Positions 9,052 through 17,118 of a stretch of 64,000 bases of DNA are shown one piece after another. Numbering within the stretch: the stretch's first letter is position 1; each line of letters starts with the position of its first letter. Source of the stretch: an uncultured Spirochaetota bacterium (GTDB lineage: Bacteria; Spirochaetota; B62-G9; DRHN01); assembly GCA_964460545.1 (NCBI GenBank), contig CAYWUT010000001.1:21320-85319 (forward strand), given 5' to 3'. The notes below the pieces were generated by a model. The model was not told the origin of the DNA, did no database searches, and saw only the letters and a program-made list of their open reading frames with translations. A program made the translations under genes and the position numbers.

Positions 9052-10179
9052 TTATCTCCATCTCTTTCGAAGCGGATGAAGTTTCAGCGTTTCCTGTACC
9101 AGATCCGCGATTCCTGCGGCGCCGTTTCTCTCTGCGAGCCGGGAAGCGCTGCACCCCATGGAACGGAGAGTCTTTTCGTCCGAAAGCAGCCGGGTAACGG
9201 CCTCGAAGAGTGATTCTCCGCACAGGTCGTCATCCTGCATGACGACCGCACCGCCGTTTTCCTTAAAAAAGGCGGCGTTGCGCACCTGCTCGCCCCTGCT
9301 CTTGGAACGGGGAAGAGGAACGAGGATTGCAGGTTTTCCCGCACACGCTATTTCAAAGAGAGCACCGGCACCCGCCCTGCTTACGACGATATCGGAAGCA
9401 GCGAGGACATCCCCGATCTCCGCGCCGATAAAGGGAAAACACCGGTACTGCCGCCCGCAAGGCTGCCGCCCGTAAGGCTGTCGCCCGTAAGGCTGCCGCC
9501 CGCCGTCCCCGCACTGATGCACGATGAAGAAGGGAAGATCGCGGCGCGACACCATTTCCCGAACCGCGCTGTTCAGCGATTCGGCGCCGAGACTCCCCCC
9601 GAGTACGGTAACCACCGGCTGACCGGGCTGCACCCCGATAAAACTCCTCCCGCGCAGCGCATCTCCCTCCAGAATGAGCTTGCGCACGGGATTTCCCGTA
9701 TACACGGTTTTTACGTTTCCCAGGCGCTCCGCCGTCTGCGGAAACGAAACACACACCGCTTCCGCAAACCGTGCGATAATGCGGTTTGCAAGTCCGGGAT
9801 CGATATCGCTCTCGTGCGTGATTACCGGTATTCGGAGGAAAGTGGCCGCAAGAACGGGCGGAACGGCGACGAACCCCCCTTTTGAGAAGAGCAGCGAGGG
9901 CCTCTCTCTGCGAAGAATGATGAAGGATTGGACGACCCCGATGATGACGTTGAAGAAATCGGAAAAATTCTTCAGCGAAAAATACCGCCTCAGCTTTCCC
10001 GTTCTGACGGGATGAAAGGGAATGGAGAGCTCCCCGGAGCGTGCTTCCTCAGGTCCGCCTTTCTTCCCGATCCAGAAAAATGCACCGAACCCCCTTCTCC
10101 GCAGCTCGTCCAGGACCGCAATAATCGGATAGATATGCCCCCCGGTTCCTCCGCCCGTTACACCGATCTTGATTTCCAC
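9052..10179 (-). CDS. murG: GT28 UDP-GlcNAc transferase, MurG-like
   Basis: N-terminal G-loop GVTGGGTGGHIYP and overall MurG-like architecture. Carries an internal GRQPY x3 insertion encoded by a 15-bp tandem repeat. The gene stands alone, not in a dcw cluster. Confidence 0.55.
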   Translation of the reverse strand: MEIKIGVTGGGTGGHIYPIIAVLDELRRRGFGAFFWIGKKGGPEEARSGELSIPFHPVRTGKLRRYFSLKNFSDFFNVIIGVVQSFIILRRERPSLLFSKGGFVAVPPVLAATFLRIPVITHESDIDPGLANRIIARFAEAVCVSFPQTAERLGNVKTVYTGNPVRKLILEGDALRGRSFIGVQPGQPVVTVLGGSLGAESLNSAVREMVSRRDLPFFIVHQCGDGGRQPYGRQPYGRQPCGRQYRCFPFIGAEIGDVLAASDIVVSRAGAGALFEIACAGKPAILVPLPRSKSRGEQVRNAAFFKENGGAVVMQDDDLCGESLFEAVTRLLSDEKTLRSMGCSASRLAERNGAAGIADLVQETLKLHPLRKRWR

Positions 10180-10331
10180 GACTCTCCCCCGTGCCGGATT
10201 CTCCTGAGAACGGGCCTGCCGGTCCGCACCGCTTCTCCAAATATATCCCGTACATCCGCTATGTCCATTAAAAGAGATTCATTTTCATTTCCCGGGTTTC
10301 ATGGTACACTGAAAAAAAAGCGGAGTTTGCA

Positions 10332-10814
10332 ATGGAACTGAAATCCGTATCGGTTGAAATTCCGGAGGGTGCGAACGTCATTATCGGACAATCGCATTTC
10401 ATTAAAACCGTGGAGGATATATACGAAGCCGTTATCAATACCGCTCCTTCAATACAATTCGGACTGGCATTCAACGAGGCTTCGGGAGTCTGTCTCGTTC
10501 GAAAAGACGGCAACGATGAGGAGCTCATCCGGCACGCGGTGGACACCGCGCTGAATATCGGCGCGGGCCATATATTCGTTCTTTTCATGAAAGAAGGGTT
10601 CCCCATCCAGGTGCTGCCGGCGGTTCGAAACGTCCGCGAGGTGGTCGGTATATTCTGTGCGACCGCGAATCCCCTCGAGATCATCGTGGCTGAAACCGGG
10701 GGCGGAAGGGGAATCATCGGCGTGGTAGACGGTTCTGCTCCCAGGGGTGTTGAAAAAGAAGACGATAGAAAAGCGAGAATCGATTTATTGAGGAAATTCG
10801 GGTATAAACGCTGA
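10332..10814 (+). CDS. adenosine-specific kinase family (PF04008-like) small protein
   Basis: 160 aa. The N-terminal pattern V.IP.GANVI.GQSHFIKTVED..EA resembles the adenosine-specific kinase family. Assigned from memory of the family only. Confidence 0.35.
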   Translation: MELKSVSVEIPEGANVIIGQSHFIKTVEDIYEAVINTAPSIQFGLAFNEASGVCLVRKDGNDEELIRHAVDTALNIGAGHIFVLFMKEGFPIQVLPAVRNVREVVGIFCATANPLEIIVAETGGGRGIIGVVDGSAPRGVEKEDDRKARIDLLRKFGYKR

Positions 10815-10932
10815 GAGGGAAGCGTCCGTAATCGCATGAATAATTCTGTTTACATGCCCGTCCGGACGCATATAATAAAGGGATATGCGGAAGCCGGGTT
10901 TCGTCCGGAGCCCGGTATGAAAGGAGGGAGCC

Positions 10933-11118
10933 GTGTCTCATCTTCTGGGACAGGTCTTGATGGAATCGGGTATGATAACCATAGATGAGCTGAACGAAGC
11001 GCTGGAGATACAGAAATCCTCCGGACAGAGGCTCGGTGACATTCTCATCAACCTTAATATGATCACGCCTGAAGAGCTGCAAATGGCTCTTGAATTTCAG
11101 GAAGATGCAACTGAGTAG
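10933..11118 (+). CDS. stand-alone MshEN / T2SE_Nter domain protein (61 aa), putative c-di-GMP receptor
   Basis: Strong RBS AAGGAGGGAG 3 bp before the GTG start. Two tandem copies of the 24-residue MshEN motif RLGxxLLxxGLLxxxxLxxxLxxQ (LLGQVLMESGMITIDELNEALEIQ and RLGDILINLNMITPEELQMALEFQ). Confidence 0.6.
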   Translation: MSHLLGQVLMESGMITIDELNEALEIQKSSGQRLGDILINLNMITPEELQMALEFQEDATE

Positions 11119-11143
11119 GTGGTTTGGTGTCCGACCCGGTCCG

Positions 11144-12733
11144 TCAGAGGTAGACCTCTTCACTGCCTATGTTGAGCATCTTGACGATCTTGTTCTTGGC
11201 CTCGAGATAGCTGAGGAAAGCGATGATCTCATCCGGTGTCGTACACTTGAGAAGCCATTCGAAATGCTCCATACGGGCGAATATCTTTGACAGCGAATCG
11301 ACAATTCGATCATAGATCTCACCGAGATACTCGGGCGCGAGAAACGCGAACGCGATGTAAAACCGATCGCTGCCCGGACTCATTTCCACGCCGTCAGGCG
11401 AAAGCCCGATAATGGGCACAATATCATCCACGAAATCCCCGAATGCGTGAAACAGGGCGATGTTCCTTCCGATGGGGGTATGCACGATAATTCCGGTCTG
11501 CATGAGCTCCGCTTCCGCTTTTTCAGGGTTGAGCATCCGTCCCTTCCCCGTCTGTATGATCTCCCTGATGATTTCTTCCCGCTTTACGCCCCTGAGCCTC
11601 GGAATAACGAGATCTTTATGAAACATAAGTGACGCCGTGTAGGGAAGCGGATCGGGCGTGTCTCCTCCCGCATCCGTTTCCGTCTGTTCCAGCATGCGCC
11701 GTTGCGCCCTGTACTCGGGTATCTTGATCATGGGCGGGCGCTCGATACCCCATACTTTCATCTTTTCTATGGAATAGACGTCCCTCACGCCCGTCAAAAC
11801 CTGGAGGGAATCGGTGATGTCCTGAAATATCTCTATCCTCCCCATGTCGTCCGCCCTCTGGAGAAGTATCTTCAGAATCCGGTAGGACATGGACCGGAGT
11901 GATTCGATACTCTGGTTCTTGTGTATGCGAACGTCGAGATCGCACTGGCCCATGATATCGAGACTATAGAGCCGGTTGATATCGATGAGATGGCCCGTTT
12001 CAACTCCGTACCCGGTAAAGAAGGGCAGCTTCTCGAGCAGGTCCCTCCGCCCGGCGTATTCACCGGAGAGCGGCTGGGCGAAACCCGTAAGCTCGGGGAA
12101 GAGAAGATTGAAGAAAGGCCTGACCACCAGTTCCGTAACCCTTCCCCCGCCCGTGTAGTGAATCTCTCCGTGTATCTGAATCGGGCGTTTGTAAAAGGCC
12201 TTTACGTATGAGAGGTGCGGATAGAGAAGAAGCGGTCCGACAAGGCCATAGACGAAACGAGGATGTATATTCGTGATATCCGCGTCAATCCAGCATATAA
12301 TGTCTCCCTTGAGCACATAGAGGCTCTTCCAGAGGTTCTCACCCTTTCCCCTGTACACCCTGTGCTGAGGGAGGATATCCGATGAGTAGTAGAAATCCGC
12401 ACCCGCGCTCCTTGCGACCTCCTCGGTCCTGTCCGTTGATCCCGAATCGATGACCGCTATCTCGTCGAGGAGCGGGTGCTTCTCCGCGAGCTCGCGCCGC
12501 ATGAGCTCGATCTCTTTTCCGACGGTCTTTTCCTCGTTCAGCGTCGGAAAACAGAGGCTTATGCTCAATCCGAGCTCATTCTTTTTTTCAATGAGGCTTT
12601 CGACATCCTTGAACCGCGAGTGATGGAAGGTGTTCCGCTCTATCCATTCCTTTATGTACGAGGGCTTGTCGAGGTCACGGGTAAGGGCCTCCTGTACCTC
12701 GTTCGGACTCTCTTTCTTGTATAATTCCGCCAT
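11144..12733 (-). CDS. gpgS: glucosyl-3-phosphoglycerate synthase (GT81) fused to C-terminal PTS EIIA type-2 (PtsN-like) domain
   Basis: The N-terminal ~330 aa align with mycobacterial GpgS (PTLNEE.TVG ... IAVIDSGSTD.TE ... GKGE.LW.SL...GDI..(W/F)IDADI.N.HP.FV.GLVGPLL). The C-terminal ~150 aa have EIIA-2 hallmarks (PIGRNIALFHA ~ GxAIPH; FYIAFAFLAPE). Confidence 0.7.
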   Translation of the reverse strand: MAELYKKESPNEVQEALTRDLDKPSYIKEWIERNTFHHSRFKDVESLIEKKNELGLSISLCFPTLNEEKTVGKEIELMRRELAEKHPLLDEIAVIDSGSTDRTEEVARSAGADFYYSSDILPQHRVYRGKGENLWKSLYVLKGDIICWIDADITNIHPRFVYGLVGPLLLYPHLSYVKAFYKRPIQIHGEIHYTGGGRVTELVVRPFFNLLFPELTGFAQPLSGEYAGRRDLLEKLPFFTGYGVETGHLIDINRLYSLDIMGQCDLDVRIHKNQSIESLRSMSYRILKILLQRADDMGRIEIFQDITDSLQVLTGVRDVYSIEKMKVWGIERPPMIKIPEYRAQRRMLEQTETDAGGDTPDPLPYTASLMFHKDLVIPRLRGVKREEIIREIIQTGKGRMLNPEKAEAELMQTGIIVHTPIGRNIALFHAFGDFVDDIVPIIGLSPDGVEMSPGSDRFYIAFAFLAPEYLGEIYDRIVDSLSKIFARMEHFEWLLKCTTPDEIIAFLSYLEAKNKIVKMLNIGSEEVYL

Positions 12734-13016
12734 CTTAGCCCCTATCCCGATATTAATTTAATAACATATATTTACACTTTCATCAATAGAAATAGACAGA
12801 CGCGTATACACGCCGGGAACGGTTATGTACGGAATAAAGGTCACTTTCAGCCCCGTTTCTTCATTAATAATTGAAAAATCGGACCGCTTTTTACCTTATA
12901 TACAGTATAATGAGGCGAATGGGGCGATCGAGTTTCAAGAAATAGGTAAAAGAGGGAGATTACACAAAAAATCCCTCAATTCACCCTTTTTTAAGGGTGC
13001 CGGGAAGGAAGGTGAA

Positions 13017-14714
13017 ATGTCAAGTACCGATTATGACCGTATGAAAGAACGGCTCAATAAACTGTACGGCGGGCGGAAGGGCAAAACAACGTATGAAAAA
13101 CTTATACGGATAATCGAACGATACGAGCCGGAGCTCACGCAGCAAACCGGGAGGCTCTCGGAAAAGGACGTCGTGATCATCACCTACGGGGACGCGTTCC
13201 GGAAAGAGGGCACGGCACATCTCCGGACACTTCACGGATTCCTCAAGGACCATCTGCACGACATGGTGAGCATCGTTCATATTCTGCCCTTCTTTCCCTA
13301 CTCCTCGGACGACGGATTCTCGGTAATAGACTATAAGAAGGTCGACCCGAAGCTCGGCTCATGGGACGACATCGGGTTCCTGGAAAAGGACTTCAAGCTC
13401 ATGTTCGACGCCGTCATCAACCATATATCCGTCAAGAGCGAACCGTTTATGGGGTTCCTCGCCGGGGATCCCAGGTACCAAGGCTTCTTCATAGAGCCCG
13501 GTCCCGAATACGATATCTCATCGGTATTCAGGCCCAGGGCCCTTCCCCTTATTACCCGCTATAATACCGACGAGGGAGAGGTCGGCCTGTGGACCACCTT
13601 CAGCGTTGACCAGGCGGACCTGAACTACGAGAATCCCGAGGTCCTCCTCTACATCATCGACGTCCTCCTCTTCTACGCTTCAAAGGGCGCATCTATCATA
13701 CGTCTCGATGCCATCGCGTTTCTCTGGAAGACGAGCGGTACCTCGTGCCTCCACCTTCCACGGACCCATGAGGTCATCAAGCTCTTCAGGAACGTCATGA
13801 ATGCGGCCGCACCGCAACTCAAGATCATTACGGAGACGAACGTACCGCACAGGGACAACGTCGCATACTTCGGATCCGGCAGGGACGAGGCGCATATGGT
13901 CTACAATTTCGCTCTGCCGCCGCTCGCGGCGCACGCGCTCATAACCGGAAACGGCTCCTACCTGACGTCATGGGCCGCGAAGCTCGAAACCCCGGGGGGA
14001 AACACGGCCTTTTATAATTTTACCGCTTCCCATGACGGCGTCGGGCTCATGCCCGTAAAGAACATCCTCCCACCCGAGGAGATTTCGGTCCTCGAGAACG
14101 CCGCTGTCCGTCACGGGGGGCTGACGGGCCTGAAAAACAATCCCGACGGCACGAAGAGCGTTTACGAGCTGAATATATCCTACTTCGACCTGCTCTCCGA
14201 TCCCGCTGGACAAGAGGACACCCGCCAGCAGGCATCCCGTTTCATCGCTTCACAGGGTATCGCACTGACGCTCCGGGGAGTACCGGCCCTCTATTACCAC
14301 TCCTTCATCGGTTCGAGAAACGACCTTGACGGGGTGGAAAGAACCGGAACAAATAGGTCGATCAACAGGGAGAAGCTCGATGTCCAGGAGGTCGAAGAAG
14401 GCTTGCGGGACCCCGGCTCTCTCCGTTCACTCGTTTATGACGGTTTGAAAAAGCTCACCCGGGCGAGGAGCAGCCGCGACGCGTTCAGTCCGTATGGAGG
14501 CCAGGAGGTACTGAACATATCAAATGAGATCTTCGCGGTTCTGCGGACCTCACCCGACGGCCTGAATAAAATTCTATCGTACATCAATGTCTCGAACAGT
14601 GAGGTTTTCGTCAAGCCGCCCGCAGCCGGGATGCGCGATATCATAACCGGCAGGCGTTTCGGTGAGGAGATCGGGGTGAAGCCGTACGAGGTGCTCTGGC
14701 TCGAGGAAAAATGA
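13017..14714 (+). CDS. GH13_18 sucrose-phosphorylase-family enzyme (likely glucosylglycerate phosphorylase)
   Basis: Sucrose-phosphorylase-like motifs (ITYGDAF, ILPFFPYSSDDGFSVIDY, DAVINH, IIRLDAIAFLWK). Start taken at MSSTDYD with an upstream GGAAGGAAGG RBS; the ORF track begins earlier at 12825. Product inferred from context: divergent from gpgS. Confidence 0.65.
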   Translation: MSSTDYDRMKERLNKLYGGRKGKTTYEKLIRIIERYEPELTQQTGRLSEKDVVIITYGDAFRKEGTAHLRTLHGFLKDHLHDMVSIVHILPFFPYSSDDGFSVIDYKKVDPKLGSWDDIGFLEKDFKLMFDAVINHISVKSEPFMGFLAGDPRYQGFFIEPGPEYDISSVFRPRALPLITRYNTDEGEVGLWTTFSVDQADLNYENPEVLLYIIDVLLFYASKGASIIRLDAIAFLWKTSGTSCLHLPRTHEVIKLFRNVMNAAAPQLKIITETNVPHRDNVAYFGSGRDEAHMVYNFALPPLAAHALITGNGSYLTSWAAKLETPGGNTAFYNFTASHDGVGLMPVKNILPPEEISVLENAAVRHGGLTGLKNNPDGTKSVYELNISYFDLLSDPAGQEDTRQQASRFIASQGIALTLRGVPALYYHSFIGSRNDLDGVERTGTNRSINREKLDVQEVEEGLRDPGSLRSLVYDGLKKLTRARSSRDAFSPYGGQEVLNISNEIFAVLRTSPDGLNKILSYINVSNSEVFVKPPAAGMRDIITGRRFGEEIGVKPYEVLWLEEK

Positions 14715-14724
14715 CCGCCTGAGG

Positions 14725-16053
14725 CTATTCGCTCCTGGGATCCATGGATTCGACGATTCCCTCGAAATTGATAAGGAGGCTCTTGAGCTTTCTCTTGAGT
14801 ACTTCGTAGGAAAAATACTTTGCCGCGAGCCTGTAGTTCTTCTCCGCCCGTTCCCTGTGCGAATTCCCGTCCCGGAGCACCGCTTTAATTTTACTTATCA
14901 CCTCGTCCGTTACATAGCCCTCCATCTCGATGACCTCGAAACCGAGGGGCTTTATGTCCGTGAGGTATGCCGAGTACCGGTTTACCAGTATGGCCTTCTT
15001 GAAGTAGATGGCCTCTATGAAGGCATTCCCGAATCCTTCGTAGGTGGAGGGATAGGTGATGAGGTCGGCGTGCGGATAAATGTCCCAGAGAGTGTACACC
15101 TTTTCTCCCCGCTCGTTTCTCCCACGCCGGTCGCCGATGATTTCGGGTTTTAATATGATGGAAACCCCGAGGTGCTCCGCATAACTCAGGATACGCTTCT
15201 CATAGGCATCACCCTCGTCTCCCACGGAATGGGTAATGACGAGCTTCGCCCTCGGATCACCTATCCTGGATACGGCCTCTATGGTGTGCTCGATCCCCTT
15301 CCTGGCCACGACCCGGGTGGGCTGCAGTATAAAGTAATCGTCCTTTCCTATACCGAACGCCTTCCGTACATCCGCATTGTAGTGGTTGATTCCCGGAGGC
15401 TCCTTACTGAAATCGAGTACATTCGGGATAACCACGGGCGAAAGCCCCGTTCTGTAGCTCAGCTGGCGGTCGGCTTCGGACTGGATCACCACGTGCTGTA
15501 TGGAATGAAGAGAGGGCGGAAAGGCCGTGCTCAGTATGTCCGCCACGGCGTTGACGTAGAAACGGGGCCGCTCCCAGTAGAAATCGTGATGATGCGCTAT
15601 CGTCGGAATCCCGGTCTCCGCTATGAGCTCGGTCAGCGCGAGCCCGAGCGGAATGTTCATCGGTATGGCGAGGCAATTTTCCGCTATGATGAGATGTATC
15701 TCGAACTTATCGAGAAACCGGTAGAGGGCGTCCTTCAGCATCCGCCTGAGCCGGTGTATTTTACCGGTGAGCTCCGAAGTCCTCCTGTACACCTTGAAGC
15801 ACTGGTCATTGATCTGCAGTATGCTCTTGTGGCCGAAGAAAGCCTCGGGTACGATCATGGTCTTTGCCGGGTCCCGGTCGCTGACCCCGGCAAAATAGAA
15901 CTTCCTGTACCCCATTCCCCTGAGCACGGCGGCCCACTTTTCCGTTTCGAGCGAAACACCGTCCGTCCCCGCGAAGCGCGTTGAAACGAATCCGATATTC
16001 TTGATTTGCCTGTAACCGTTGTACCTGCCCTTTTTCTGGTTAGCCGCTGCCAT
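14725..16053 (-). CDS. GT4-family (GT-B) glycosyltransferase
   Basis: GT4-like C-terminal nucleotide-sugar binding region (YPSTYEGFGNAFIEAIYFKKAILV). Sits inside the compatible-solute locus; may catalyse a second glycosyl transfer. Confidence 0.5.
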   Translation of the reverse strand: MAAANQKKGRYNGYRQIKNIGFVSTRFAGTDGVSLETEKWAAVLRGMGYRKFYFAGVSDRDPAKTMIVPEAFFGHKSILQINDQCFKVYRRTSELTGKIHRLRRMLKDALYRFLDKFEIHLIIAENCLAIPMNIPLGLALTELIAETGIPTIAHHHDFYWERPRFYVNAVADILSTAFPPSLHSIQHVVIQSEADRQLSYRTGLSPVVIPNVLDFSKEPPGINHYNADVRKAFGIGKDDYFILQPTRVVARKGIEHTIEAVSRIGDPRAKLVITHSVGDEGDAYEKRILSYAEHLGVSIILKPEIIGDRRGRNERGEKVYTLWDIYPHADLITYPSTYEGFGNAFIEAIYFKKAILVNRYSAYLTDIKPLGFEVIEMEGYVTDEVISKIKAVLRDGNSHRERAEKNYRLAAKYFSYEVLKRKLKSLLINFEGIVESMDPRSE

Positions 16054-16271
16054 AACCCCCCCGTATTCGCTCGCGGACGATAATCGGTTTCACCTCATCC
16101 CCTTAAGTCCCGTCACCCTGTACTTTTTGGCATTATCTATTAAAATCCGGTATATTTTATCAGAATTCACGAAAGAAGATAATTATTTTTTTATACGGCC
16201 TTTTAAGCGTTGATGCTTTACGGAAAGAACCGTATGGTACGTCTTGATTTCGAAATTTTACGCGCTTCATT

Positions 16272-17108
16272 TTATTTTACGCTATTAATATGTTCGGTTA
16301 TTTCCGGAAGCTTTAAAACCGTAATATCGGGCCGCACCCCCCCGCACCGTTCGTCTTCCTTCCTGAGGCGCAGCGACCGTGCGTCGCCCGCAAACAGGGC
16401 GGTTTGAAAACCGGCCGCTGCAGCCGGCGCGATATCATTCAGCATGTCGTTTCCCACGTAGAGCACGTTGCCGGCGTCTATCCCCCTCACCGCACAGGCC
16501 CTTCGGGCCCTTTCAAAGAACAGGGAGGACGGCTTCGCACGGGCCTGCTCGAAGGAGTAGAACGAAAGGTCCCGGCATATCCCGATATCCCCGGGTTTCC
16601 CGAGGAAATAGTAAAAGAGCAGGGGTGTGTAGAACTGGGCGTTCGATATAACACCCAGAGGCAGGTCTCCCGCCGCGAGGTCCGTGAAGAGACCGCGGAG
16701 TCCGGGCATGGGCCAAGCCGGGTTTACCGTCCACTCGTACTCGAGTGCAAACCGTTTCACGCGGCCCGGGCCGAGATCCAGCACCCGCATCCACACCTCG
16801 TCAATGTTCACCTCGGGGAAATCGATGCCTTTCAGGCGGTCGACTTCATGCATCTCCTCTATGACGCTGAAATAGGACGAGAGAACACTCCCGGGATCGC
16901 GGCGGATTCCGTACGCGGAGAGCAGGGGGGCGAGCGCGGCCGCTCCGTAATCCCGGCGTGCCGTAGAGATATCACCGGAGCCGCTGATGAAGAGCGTGCC
17001 GTAAATATCGAAAAACACCGCGCGTACCGTGCGGCCGAGCGAACCGCTGCTCCGCAGTTCCGTGGCGAGGGGCTGCATGGGAGTCGCGTATTTTTCGATT
17101 ATGGACAT
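16272..17108 (-). CDS. HAD-superfamily hydrolase (candidate sugar-phosphoglycerate phosphatase)
   Basis: HAD motif I FFDIYGTLF and motif IV YVGNDMLNDI. Start taken at MSIIEKY; the track ORF begins 30 nt earlier. Confidence 0.5.
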   Translation of the reverse strand: MSIIEKYATPMQPLATELRSSGSLGRTVRAVFFDIYGTLFISGSGDISTARRDYGAAALAPLLSAYGIRRDPGSVLSSYFSVIEEMHEVDRLKGIDFPEVNIDEVWMRVLDLGPGRVKRFALEYEWTVNPAWPMPGLRGLFTDLAAGDLPLGVISNAQFYTPLLFYYFLGKPGDIGICRDLSFYSFEQARAKPSSLFFERARRACAVRGIDAGNVLYVGNDMLNDIAPAAAAGFQTALFAGDARSLRLRKEDERCGGVRPDITVLKLPEITEHINSVK

Positions 17109-17118
17109 AAATTTATTC

